In this document: positions 1 through 13,373 of the stretch, piece after piece
How positions within the stretch are numbered: position 1 is the first letter of the stretch
How the letters are laid out: every line of letters begins with the position of its first letter
Source of the DNA: Chrysomallon squamiferum
Lineage: Eukaryota > Animalia > Mollusca
Direction of reading: 5' to 3'
Length of the DNA stretch: 64,000 nt
Assembly (NCBI GenBank): GCA_012295275.1
Contig: CM022672.1
Coordinates: 16,492,001 to 16,556,000 of the forward strand
Notes under the pieces: generated by a model
What the model was told of the DNA's origin: nothing
The model's database searches: none
What the model saw: the letters and a program-made list of their open reading frames with translations, nothing else
Made by a program: the position numbers and the translations under genes

Positions 1-274
1 ATACTGGAGATAATCAAAATAAATAGTGGTTCTTGCTGTTCAAGAGAAAAACAAATTCAGCCTCAGTTATATTTTATCCATCATATGCTATTAACTGAAA
101 ATTGAAAATAATTTGGGATGTTATTAAAATGGGGGAGGGGAATGAAGATATGTTCATTTATATATATATATATATATATATAAAACATAACTGACATGTC
201 TGGATTTATGAAACTGATGGCTGAATTATTTAAAGAAATAGTTTAAATTATAAGTTTGTATATAATTATTTCAG

Positions 275-3082
275 GATTTGGAAAGGGAACGTGAACTACA
301 ACAACACGAAATGTCTCGACACACAGAGGAAAAAAGATACCTGCAGCAGCGTATGATGCATGAAGCTCACCAAAAAGCCATGGAGCATTCACAAAAGGAT
401 ACCAAAGCTGAAGCTCCCAAAGTGTCACATTCAGATATTAGTAAATCTGATTATTATCCTTACTCCTCCTACCAAGGAGCTGTTTATCCTTCACAGTCAG
501 ATAAACAGACAATATTTAATCTATATGGTTATCCGTCACCTCACCCAGCTGTAATAACTACAGAGCAGTTACAGCAACGAGGATTAGTCCCATCCAAACA
601 TATCAAAGAGGAAAAGTCTGAGGTTAAAGGACTTGTCCCAACTCCTGCTCACACAGGATCTGCCCATTTGACCTCTAGGAATAAGGAAATTCCAATGGCT
701 CACACAAACATTAAAAAAGAAAAAATGCCAAGTTCGGTTATAGTTGAAAACAAGGCCAGTATTAAAACAGAAAATTCTGTAAATGCACAGTATGGGAATC
801 CATTGCCAATGTCTTCATCACCTAGACCTCAGCCAAGGCCAGCTCACACACCTGAACAGCGGTTAGATCGTACAGCAAGTCCAGCTTCTGGGATTCCTCA
901 TCATTTGCTTTCTCATACACTAAGCAGTTCTCCTCCAGGAAGACAACTTCATCAGTCTCACCCTACAGCATTTAGAACCATGGAGAATAATTCAACAAAT
1001 CGATCTCAAAGTCCACACATGGCAACTAGTCAGCAGGGTCATTCTGCATCCATGGCGCAACCAGTTGACTACTGTAAGTCAAACAACAGGCCTAGGACCA
1101 CCACAGGATCATCTCCTTTACCCTCAACTGCATCAGCACATACTTCAGTAGCTTACCCAACCATTGCACAGCCTCCAGTTTCACTTCCACCTTCATCCCT
1201 TACTTACAGCTACAGTCTCATTCAGCAAGGATTAGTGCCAAATCCTATTTATAGCCACAGCTCTGCCCAGAGTATGGTAAAGCCTGCCACTGTTCAAATG
1301 TCCAGAGCAGGAACCACACCTATTCAGAATAAAACATTACCTACAGGCCATTTATCTCCAATGGATACATCTGCAGGAATGAATGTCCGTTCCACATTAA
1401 CTGAAGCAGGTCAGAAAAGGAAACCAAACCCAGAAACTAAGGGAAGGAAAAGGCAAAAACCCCAGAATGAAAGCCCACCCAATACCACAAGTTCTATGTT
1501 ACAGATTCCTGTGACCACTCCTCAAATTCTAACCAATCCTTCTCCGTACACAACAACTAGCAGTAGTAACTACACAAAGAACAGTTCACCTATCTCCACT
1601 TCTTATGGACACTCAGCATCCACTGTGACAGCTCTGTTGAACACTTCTCCTGTTTCAAGAAAGTCAGGATCAGGATTTATGGATAGTTTTCGATCGTTTG
1701 TGGAAAATACTGTGCAGATAGCATTCTACCAGGATGACAAAAAGGCAGCAGAGGAAAAAAATAAAAATACAAACCAGACTGAATCAGACACAAATGTAAA
1801 CAGTGCTATTAACAACCCACAAGAAAATGTGGAAAAAAGAGAGGTTTCTTCTCCACACGAGATGCCTGTCACCACCCAGTTAATTCCAACTCCTCCTCCT
1901 TCTTCATTAATGTTGCCTCAACCGCCAAATACAGTTAACGAAGACACTTCATCATCTGTGATGACAAATTGTAGCACTGTTAGTAGCAACATGGCTTCAA
2001 TAATGGACACTATTAATCGGGTAGCTAATGGTCAGGTGGATACCGACAGTGACACTTTGAGTGCGCCAAGTCCTCCACCATCATCCAAGTCAGAAAACAG
2101 TCCTCTGCAGCGATCAGGAAACCATCCAAAGCTCAAAAAGGCATGGCTTCAACGACATTCTGATGAGGATAAGGAATTAAAAACTGTTGCTTATTCTGAC
2201 AGCTCAAATCATGTTAGTAATGTGAAAAATTCTCTGAAAGGATCTATGGATTCTGCAAGTGAAGGTTGTGCATCTCCTGCAAGTAGCTTACCTAATGGCA
2301 ATCTTACTGATCTCAGTCATGCAGATGATGAATCTACCTCTTCTGCTTCAGAAACAGAAACACGGGTAATTACACATTTTAAATAATTTTTAGTTGTTGT
2401 AGAAAATGTATGAGTAATTTTAATTATGTTTCTTGAACTTAAAAGAGTTTTAGATTTTTTTTATAGGAAAAAAATGTAATAGATTACAAAATGGAATTCA
2501 TTATAAAAATAAAACCAACATTCTTTTTGTATTAAGTGGTTTCTGATGGTTATCTCTGAACATGATGTTTACAGCACTATTTATTTTGTCTTCATTATAT
2601 ATATAATCAACTAATACAATTATTGTATGACAGTCATTTGTAGGTTAATATTTGTTTAAATATAAATAATTCTGAAAAAAAATACTTCATCAAGGTCACA
2701 TGTTGCTGTGAGTAAACAAGCACATTTATACCAAGCTGAATAGATGTAATTTACACTGTTATTGGTCAGTTTCCTAAAACAGCTTGCTGTGAGTGTTAAT
2801 CCAATCACATTTGACTGGGATTGCTATTGTTTACTTCATAGTAGTTCTTGACTGATGATACTGTTTTATTGTGTAGATATGTTCTGACCTGTTTGCTTTT
2901 TACTTAGGGTTGTTAAAAATATATTTGTTAATGCCAAATACATTAAAAACAGTAACCTCCTCTCCAAAATCAATACCAGTGTTATAACAGCAATGTGTGG
3001 TGATTTCAAAAATACTAGAGTATAATAGTACAATACCTTTTTTATTAAATCAATAACTTAGGATAATTTTTATTAATTTTTA

Positions 3083-3119
<37 letters not shown>

Positions 3120-3295
3120 CCTTCTTAAAACTTTTATTATTATTATTAGAAAGATTTTTGGTTACAAATCGTGAGAAAAATTGTAAATTAACCAATGATT
3201 AATAATTAAACTTCATTGACAGTTATTTACAGTGAAATGGGATGTTTTTAAAAACAGTTTCACACATCTAGCTTAGAGGTTGATGTATGAAATTA

Positions 3296-3328
<33 letters not shown>

Positions 3329-6300
3329 GCTGAATAAAAATACTATTTTGTATAAATTCTGTAAACTTGTATACTGAAGTTTATTTAGAAATGAAAACAC
3401 AAAACACGTAATAATATTTTCCTTCAGATAAACATACAATATCTTATTCCATTTATTCATTCATTCATTCATTTATTTATTAAGTATTCTTCAGTTATGA
3501 ATTACTGTCTGTATAAAATACAGCAAAATTTATTGAATCAAGGGCAGATATTGTAAATAAGATATGGTCACAAGGTTACAAAAACGTGTTAATAATAAAA
3601 TAAATATATGGTATATATATAAACAATTTGATTATTATTTTTACTATTACAGTGATGTAGTAGACTTTACATTTTTGCAAGTTTATTAAAGCATTTGAGA
3701 ATACTGGTATAGAGATATACAGACATGTACACAAACTTAGTGGAAGACATGTTTAGAAGTTTGTTCTATTTCATATCTAAAATAAAATACATATACAGTC
3801 TAAAAAAACAACAACAATACAAATATATTGTTTTATGTAAGATTCAAATTACTATTGAATTTTTGTTGCACATAATAATTTTATGCTTATAATTTGTATT
3901 ATTCATTATCAACTTAGAAAAAATGTAATGATGTGATGCATTTATCTTGTTAGAATGTGTATTCAACTATTGATGGTCATTAGCACTTTTGATAACAAAC
4001 TTGGTATAAAACTTGATCATATAGTCATCTCATTATCTGCTTCATGTCTGATTATGATCAACAAATTTTACATCTTTTATTAAAGTAATAGTCAGCAATT
4101 CCTTCCAACATTATCCAGTATCCTACATTATTAAATAGTGCAAATGAACAATGATGATACTCACAGTTGAGCACATATTCCAGTATATATCATTGTACAA
4201 CAATTTGTATCTCTGGTAGATCTCCAGACAGCATTCTTTACAATATCATGTTAAATATATTGTCTACAGGTCATTAATCACTGATTAAAGGAAACAATAT
4301 CCCAAAATATCTTTAACCTTGGAATGTTTCTTTTAGCCAATGCTTTGCATGTGTTTTATCAATGAATATCATAGTAAAAATGATTAACATTGGTCAGATA
4401 AGAATATCAGTTGCATAATATATGATATATTTTATGACACACAGATACATAAGATTAATGTGTTTTTTATTTGGTTAAACACTTGTTACTTTGATTATAT
4501 ATATGTTCGGTTTATAAAAAAAAAAATTCTTCTTCTTTTTATTTTTTTTAATTTTTTTTTAATTTTTTTTTTTTGAAGTTAGATGAAGTATCATTGTAGA
4601 ATGAATAATCATTTGAAATTAAGTGCTGAATTTAAACTGTTTGTTACAAAATATCCAGTGACAACCTACATTTAAAATCAGTAATGTTTACCAATAATAC
4701 CTTTGAAAAGTGCAAAGAACAGATATTAATAACAAAGAATGTTTGCATACACAAGTTTGGATTGAGGAATGCCAGTTTTATTCAAAAGTTAAATCCAGTG
4801 ATGTTTGATAGTTTTGTCAGTCACTTAATCTTGAACTGCATATTTATTATTCAGAGCTAAAAAGATAGTTGATATGATTTACTATTTGTTGTTTATTGCT
4901 TGTTTAGCAGTAGCATGACTGAGGTGGAATCTAGCATTAATACACAGATGAAATGAAAAGATATAAAAACTGTTTATCCTCGCTAGTGACATAAAATATA
5001 TTATTAAATTTCATTTCTAGGTCACGGAAAACTCCATACAAAATAAAAAGAGAGTGAAAACCAAACGTCCAAATCAGCCAACTGCCAAGAAGTGTAAAAC
5101 AGAAGAACCAACCAATGTTAATCGCAAAAAAACAGCAAACAAGAAAAATAAATCTGAGCCAACTAAGGAAGTGACCAAAGAAGTGTCCACAGAAGTGTCC
5201 AAACCAAAGGTAAAATTGCTCTAACCTTAATGCCTCATTGTATTAATTGAGTATTTGTTGTTGTTGTTTTTTTTGGTTATTAAGGTATTTGTATATAGTA
5301 AGTTTTGTCTTCTGAAAGATATTAACAAAATAATTGTATTATGTAACCATTTATAATTAATTTTTTTACTGACAGGAGGAGAACCCAGGTAAGAAAGTTG
5401 AAGAAAAATCGAAAACCAGTCCAAAGCAGCAATCCAGTGATAACAGTCCTCAACCGTCCAATAACAAAAAACAGTTACCATCATCTCGACCTGAATCTCC
5501 TGCCACTGAAAAAATATCTCAGGCAATGCTCACATCACAGAAAGACAAGAAAAAAACAAAGAAAGGCAAGGATGCACCCAAAACAGCTGATAATAAAAAT
5601 GGTAAAATAATTCTCTTAATTTTATTGTATTTATTACTGTTTTTATTTTTAGACCATTTTTTTTGTTGTATTTTTTGTTTTTTTAATTCTTGTTATATTT
5701 TTTTTCTGTTTTGTGTACAGTTTCCTTTTCAAAAAAAGTTATTCATTTATTCTTTCATCAGGTTTAATATAAATTACTATTTTATTTTTAAAATACAGAC
5801 TGGGATATGTTGGCAGAATCCATTAGAACTTTTGTTAACTCTTTCTAGATTGTTAAAATATTAAATCAATTATACCTTGTACATAAATATATTGAAATAT
5901 TAAACCTATAATTGACATTATTCTTTTCCAGGCTCTTCATCTTTCAACAAACCTCTTGTGAAACTGTCAGTAGCTACACTTAAGAAAACCTGTCAGCCAT
6001 TCATTCAGGATGCATCTTGTACAGAAATAACTCCAAAATTGATGAAGTGCCGTGAGTGTAAAATGACACCCACACAGCGCAGCAAGAAACTGCCTAATAT
6101 ATTCTGTAGATTTTACGCATTCCGAAGGTAACTAAATTGAGATTTCTTGCATATTTTAAGACTTTCATTCACAAAGCTATCTTTTATCTTTTTTCTTTCC
6201 ATTTTTCTTCTTTTGATTTTCTTTTTTTTTAAATCTCCAAGAAAATTGCTTTAACAGAAAATGTGACAAAACTATTTTAATTTAAAATTCAGGAAAACAA

Positions 6301-9300
6301 ATAATATATGATTTAGAATGTTATTGTTCTAAATTAAGTAGGCAAATAAAGCATTTCATAGTAAGTTTTCTACTGTCAGTGACCTGTCAGTTATTATTTC
6401 ATTATTAAGACATACTTATAAATCAGTAATTCATCTTAATTTTATTTTTTCTTTGGTTGTTTTTAAAACGTACTTAATTCTATTTTATTTTATTTTATTT
6501 TATTTATTTATTTACTTATTTATTTATTTTTGTTGTCTAAAATGTTGATGGTGAATGTTAACAACATCTGTCAAGATGTATCAATTCTAAATATTTGACT
6601 ACCTAAACATTTTGTAGGTTACGATACAGCCCTAAAGGTGTTGTATCTATAGCTGGCTTCTCAGAGCTATCTGATGCAGAACTTGATGACATTGAACCTT
6701 GGTTACCAAAGACACCAGGTATTTCACAGAGATATTTCTTTAAAGAAAAGATAATAAAATAAAATAATTGTATTTAACACCTTATAGTCTTCAGTATTTG
6801 CAATAAATTAAGTCAGCATTTTGGGTTGGGAGGTCTTTTTTTTTTTCAATAAATGAATAAATTGGGATTAAATGAGAAAATCATAATGACAATGATTTTT
6901 TAAAACAGAACTTTGTCCATGTGAAATCCATAAAACCAAACTACCAGTTTTAATTATGAACTTATGTTTATTAAAATAACAATAATAATAATAATTATTA
7001 TATTTTACTTTAAGTTTTACATAAATCCTTTTCCATTACAGTTCAAAACCCAAAACTTGATATTGAGACAGCAAAGTTTATTATCATGCGAGTGGGAGAT
7101 AAATTCTGTGAACTTGTCCAACAGGAAAAAGAAGCCAAAAATTGGGCTGGCGAAGAAGGTAATTACTAGCTTATTCTTTATTTTTTTTAATAGAATTATT
7201 GTATTGTTTATAATTTTGTTTAGTTCAGATTTGTTTCTGTTATGTAATAGGGTGAAATTCAAAATGTAATTCTGTTTCTAGTAGTAACATAATATGTAAT
7301 GTATGTTATAATATATATAAATGAGTTGTGTGTTGAGTAACAGTGGAAGTGCAGTATATATTGGGGACTGATATTAAATGTGAAACCTTATTTCCTTACA
7401 GCAAAGATAGCCTGGAAGAGAGCGGTTACAGGCGTGAGAGAAATGTGTGATGTCTGTGATACGACACTGTTCAACATGCACTGGGTGTGTCACAAATGTG
7501 GATTTGTTGTCTGTCTCGATTGTTACAAGGTCAAGGTGAAAACTACAAAGGAAGGAAAAAGTAAGCTTATAACAGTTTTAATCAATGTTCATAAGAATGT
7601 TGATAGTTGTATTATCAATTTTATATCAAATTTTTTTTTTACTTTCTCTTTTGTCCCTTTTTTAAAACAAAAATATCTTATAGACTTGTAGGAATTGATT
7701 TACTCAGTTAAAAAGTACCCGGTCATTTCAACTATGAATACAATTGCAAACATTAATTAACCAATGTTTTTGTCTTTTTTACAGATGATGATCACAAATG
7801 GCTGACTTGTAGTGCCAACAGACAGTCTCATGAAGCTGAGAAATTAATGCTTACACAGATAATACCAAGTGATGGTAAATAGAAATTGTTTATTACAATG
7901 CTTTAATAATTAACTAAAATTAAATGGAAGTATATCAGTTATTTTATCTTAGACTATTTCAGTGAAAAACTTGATAATTACTTCTTTTTTTTATTTTATT
8001 TATTTTAAACATTTTGCTTTTATTTTAATTTTAATTTTTTTATTTGTAACCTGTAAATTCACAATCATTATTTCAGCCCTTTGGGAGCTAGGCCGAATGA
8101 TTCATGACATTAGGACTAAGTGGCACATTCCAACTAAATGTCCATGTGCCCAGGGCATAGAGTCAAAAGTTCTCAGTAAAAATGGCATGTCACAGCAAAT
8201 ACTAAGCAACATATCTGCATCAAAGCGACTGGTTAATGGTATTGGTGATGAGAATCATGGAAGAAGTAACAAGATGAGAAAGCGTACTCATGATTCAAGT
8301 GACCTGAACGGGAAAGGCATTGTTGAGAATTACAACCCTGACACAACCACATCTCCTCTCAGTTTGCTGGCTGATGTAGCCTCCATGGACTCTGAGAACA
8401 GCCGTGACCGTAGTGATTCGCCTTTTACCAGAAAGAAGGATGCAGACAAAAATAAACCAAACAATTCGGTGGAAGAGATGGAGGTGGATGATAAAAAGAC
8501 CCCAGCAAGCTGCTCAACGCTGCGTGAATTGCTCACAAAAACTGCAGGAAAAGTGAAAGTTCCAAACGAAACGAAAAAGTCTAAATCGAAGAACACAGGA
8601 AGCACTCTAGATGACATCATACAGTCTGTGGTGGAAAAGAGCTGCAGAGACAATGATTTCAAGTTTCTGCATTATCGGCCCAGGCTTGGTGGCTGGACAA
8701 GAGATTTGCCCATCATGGTGCACAGCTTGACAGAAACCAGTGTTATGTATCCCGATGTCCCTCACTCATGGCTCTGTGATGGTCGTCTCCTGCGTCTTCA
8801 TGACTCCAGACATAAAGGAAATCTCAAAATATTTCAGGAACAGTGGCGACGAGGACAGGTATGTTTGATTGAAATTGTTTTACAATTTTAGTTAGATTAT
8901 AATTCTTATTAATATTGGTTAGATTATAACAGGGACAGAAAATAAGCCTGCAGTTTTGTAATAAAGAAGATTTAATTTATTTATTTACAAATCTGAAATA
9001 AAATACCTTGGGCTGAAATTGATATTGAAGCTGTTATTTATCATTTGATAATCACTTTGTTTAGCAGAATGTCATTTTCAGCTTGTTAAAAAAGGATTGA
9101 TTTAAAAATATATATATATATATTTTTATATTCAGCCTGTGCTGGTCTCCAGTGTGGACAAGAGTACAAACAGGAGTTTGTGGAAACCAGAGTTGTTTGG
9201 GAAAGAATTTGGACATATTGAAAATGATCTTGTTAACACCAGGACTGGCAATGTCATTGTTGGGCATCCTATGGGAGACTTCTGGGATGGATTTGAATGT

Positions 9301-11546
9301 TTAAAAAGTGAGCTTATTTTATCCCTTTTTATTTTATTTTTTTCTCACAAAGGAAAACATTGATAGTAATAGTTTCTCAACATCTACTTTTTTTCTTCTT
9401 TTCATTTAATCTAGATATCTGTTTTGCCTGAAACAATGTTAACCTAAGTTAACAATTGATTTGAAATACATAACAAGCAGAACATCACCTTTATATATTG
9501 TAACTTCTGTTTAGATCGGCCAACTGATGAAGATGATGAACCCATGCTTTTGAAACTGAAAGACTGGCCTCCTGGTGATGATTTCAGTGATCTCATGCCA
9601 TCCAGGTTCCAGGACATGATGCAGGCTCTGCCACTGCCAGAGTACACACACAGACAAGGAGTGCTTAACTTGGCATCTCGCCTTCCAGACTTTCTTGTCA
9701 AGCCTGATCTTGGACCAAAAATGTATAATGCTTATGGTAAGAATGAAGATATTTCATTTTTTCATGTATGTTTAATTTCTAATGAAAATGAATTACTTTT
9801 TTGTTAATGATATTTTTTTTATATACACATATAAATACTAATATTTTAGTTGTAAAAACATAAGGCATTAATAAGTTCTTTCATGTTAAATCACATATAA
9901 AAAATCCTTTTATAAAAATACTCAGAAGTATTTGTATGTTTTTATTTCTTATTAACAGTAGCATTATTCTCATTATCTTTAATATATATATTTTTTTATA
10001 TAGGGTCATCATATTTCCCATCAGAGGGAACTACCAATCTTCATCTTGACATCTCTGATGCTGTTAATGTCATGGTTTATGTTGGAATCCCTGAGGATGG
10101 TCCAGGTGGTAGAGCTGCACATGAACAAGGTAATTGCTTTAATACAAGAACAATTTTCTCTTTAAACATGTTGTTTTAGCTTTTGAACTTAAAGCATTCG
10201 ACTCCACGTATTCAAATTAATTTAATAGTGAATTTTAGTGACAAATTTATTTAAATTTTTAAACGTTTTTTTCTTTTTTTATATTGTAAATTTATCTTAA
10301 CATCATTCATTCAGTGTTAACTTTTAAGGCTGATTTTAAATTAAGTATGTTGTAAGAGAATAATTTATGGAATGCTGTACAGTGTTGTATTTTTCACTTG
10401 TTGTTTTACAGCCGCCTTGAAAGCAATAGATGATGCTGGGTGCGATTCAGTAACAAAGAGACGAGTTCGTGAAGTTCATGAAATTCCAGGAGCTCTCTGG
10501 CAGATATATGATGCTCACGATGCTGATAAAATTAGGGACTTTTTAAACAAGGTATGTTCTTATTTTATTTGTTCATTTGTTTTCTAGTTAAATGTGTCAT
10601 TATCTGTATTTAACTTTGAAACCAATTTTGTTTTACGCATTTCTTTAAATACCAATGATTTAAAAATAGTAATAATAATAAAAATATTTAATTAAATATT
10701 TTAAAATATTATTTCAGGTTGCTAAAGAACGTGGTGAGGTGATTGAACCCGATCATGATCCAATCCATGACCAAAGCTGGTATCTGGATGAGGAACTGCG
10801 TGAACGTGTGTATCAGGAATACGGTGTGGTCGGCTACACAATAGTCCAGTGTCTCGGCGACTCCATTTTCATTCCTGCTGGTGCACCACATCAGGTTCGC
10901 AATCTGCACAGCTGCATCAAAGTTGCGGAGGACTTTGTTTCACCAGAACACCTCAACCACTGTTTCCGTCTGACACAGGAGTTCAGACAACTCTCAGATA
11001 CACATTCCAACCATGAAGATAAACTTCAGGTAAATATTCTCTTGCTCAGTTTGGAGTAGTTATCATTTTAACGTCTGATCAGTTTTAAAACAGTTTATAG
11101 AATGTTGAATGGGATTTCTAAGATGTTTTTGTCCAGAAAAATAGCCACAGAAATGTGTATAAATAGTTATGGTTTTATATGGTTTTATTTTCTTCTATTA
11201 GCAATTTTTAAAATGTATTTATTTATTTATTTTTTAATTGAATTAAAAAAAATTTTGTATAACTAATAAAACTGCTTTTCATATTTGCATATGTAAACAT
11301 ATCCTTTGAAATGTCACATTAAATACTGTTTGTGGGTTTATTTTTTGTTTGTTTGTTTTTTGTCAATTTTCCAGTCAGAACAGTTATTAGATGTATATTT
11401 AAACTTAATGTTTTTCAGATGTAATTGTTCATTATATCTAAATGTTAAAAAAGAATTATAACTATTTTCAGGTGAAAAACATTATCTATCATGCTGTAAA
11501 AGATGCTATTGCAGTTCTAAAAGAAGCAGACCCAGATGAAGACTAA
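275..11546 (+). CDS. KDM3: KDM3/JMJD1-family JmjC histone H3K9 demethylase, 5'-partial, multi-exon
   Basis: GT-AG exons join in frame: 275-2365, 5021-5209, 5376-5601, 5932-6127, 6618-6718, 7042-7158, 7402-7560, 7785-7874, 8077-8858, 9136-9307, 9515-9736, 10004-10129, 10412-10551, 10718-11029, 11472-11546 (TAA). Family hallmarks: [12 protein letters not shown]; KCREC...FCRFYAFRR; zinc finger [29 protein letters not shown]; STLRELL; [12 protein letters not shown]; [12 protein letters not shown]; [13 protein letters not shown]; [23 protein letters not shown]. Which vertebrate paralogue (KDM3A/KDM3B/JMJD1C) it matches cannot be decided from this window. Confidence 0.96.
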
Positions 11547-13367
11547 TGGCATGTTTTAACAAGAGGACAAAATGTCATGTACTGCTGCAAGAAAAACAAA
11601 ATACAAACAGTATTTAACATCTTTGAACCCTTGGTGATAGTTGAAAAACCACAGAGTTTATTTTCATTATAATTTTAGAAGACCATTAATTTAATTCAGA
11701 TTTCCTTTTTCTCTCACATCAGTGTGTAAAGGATAAGTCATGGATGAGACATAAAACAAAATTGTAAGTGCTACATTTTATGGCAACAGTTTGTGATGCT
11801 GCTTGGTGCCTGATTGAAAAGAAAAAACATTGCTGTATTGTTGAAGATTCTGTTTTTTAGTACAAACAAAGTGAAATCTGATTTCTGTGACTTTTTCTTG
11901 ACGTTATGTTCAACTGTAAACTCTGCTGTTGCAAGAACAAAGACAGTCAGTCAGTGGTTGTGGAAGAGATGTGCTAATTTAGACAGGGAAACAAAAAGAA
12001 AGATACTAAAAGATGATGTTGTTAAACTATTGGCACATGAAAGATTTTCTTTTTAAAACAGTTGGCTTCTGGAATTTATAAAAACTGTTGGCTAAAATAC
12101 TATCATGTTTTTGAAAGAACATTCATGGAGTATTCAGATTCAGGTGCCAATCATTGTGAATTTAAAAAGTGGACCATTTACTGGCCTCTGGGTTAACATT
12201 TACTTTGATAAACACTTTTCTTGCTTCGCTAAGCATGGCTTGGAATACATCATTGTGAGGGTAAGGTTTGGTGAGATCATCAGGAAATCTTTTGTTTAAA
12301 TAAACCACTGATTTAGAAGGCTACAAAATAAACTACAAAAACAGGCACATTTTCATCTGTCTAAAGTAAATTAAATGCTTTTGCATAACTTCATTGTATG
12401 TTAACACACAATTTTAAATGGGTCTAGTAAATTTACACGAGTCTTTAGTTTAATTAGCTGTTTAGACATTACACAATGTCATTGTATAGTTTTTAGCCTT
12501 CAAGGCATGACTTGTGATTATTTGTGATCAGGGAATTCATATGTTTGAGATGTTTCTAGCATGTGATATTAGTTTCATAATTGATAATTATCCATAGACA
12601 TACCAAATTCATAGTTTTATGTTGAGCCAGTTGCTGTATTGGAGTTCAGGTAATTTGTAAAAACCAGGATGTAACTGTGTAGTGCACATGGTAATATTGT
12701 AATAAGATATATGTGCTTGGATGTCAATTGCATTACAAATGGCTGGCATGCCTATTTTCACTATTGTACATTCTATTTTGCGTGTTGTAATGTACAGGTT
12801 TTTATTAACTACTGTTACACAAATCTGCATCAAACATCAATATTATTATGGGGCCATAACCTCTTCTGCAATTTTTATTCATTAATGTTCAAATTTCATA
12901 ATGTTTCATATTCATTTTGCTTTACAAATTTCTTTTTACATTGTTATGTTTTATCACACCATTGGAGTTTGGCCATGGCTTTCACCATCATACATCTACT
13001 GTTTTGCATTTTTATTTAATATGCTTTGTTAATATGTGTGCAGAATATATTGCGTTATGAAGGTGTTCATAGTTTGTTAAATATAGCCACTAGATACATC
13101 TAACATCAGCAGAATAAAGGACTTGATGTTAATTGTATATCTCACTACTGCTGACTGCAGGAATGACCATACATAAAACATCTGGGACATCCTATACTTC
13201 TAGCTATATATAAATAACAGATTATTTTTCTATTAAAAAAAAAAAAAAAGTAATTAAAAAAAAAATCTGTTGGAGCAAACTGTACATTGCTCCACTTTAT
13301 TATTGGCGAAAAAAGTGAAGTGTTACGCATAACAGCTAGGAAATTTTAGTATTGTCCTATCATTCTT

Positions 13368-13373
13368 AATAAA
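13368..13373 (+). terminator. Candidate polyadenylation signal of the KDM3 gene (about 1.8 kb 3' UTR)
   Basis: AATAAA followed within about 20-40 nt by a GT/T-rich tract (ttctgtgttgggtttttattt). A second AATAAA lies near 13113. Confidence 0.45.

Noticed and set aside
4151-4284. ATGATGA...CTGA as a box C/D snoRNA in a KDM3 intron
   Set aside because: No convincing terminal stem and at most a short possible rRNA complement; expected by chance in AT-rich DNA.
5164-5203. 12-bp coding repeat ([12 protein letters not shown]) in KDM3
   Set aside because: Ordinary short slippage repeat in a disordered linker.
8330-8662. Antisense ORFs over KDM3, Tudor and CCDC186 exons (also 33818-34285, 37072-37672, 55948-56952)
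   Set aside because: Shadows of real coding exons on the opposite strand, with no independent support.
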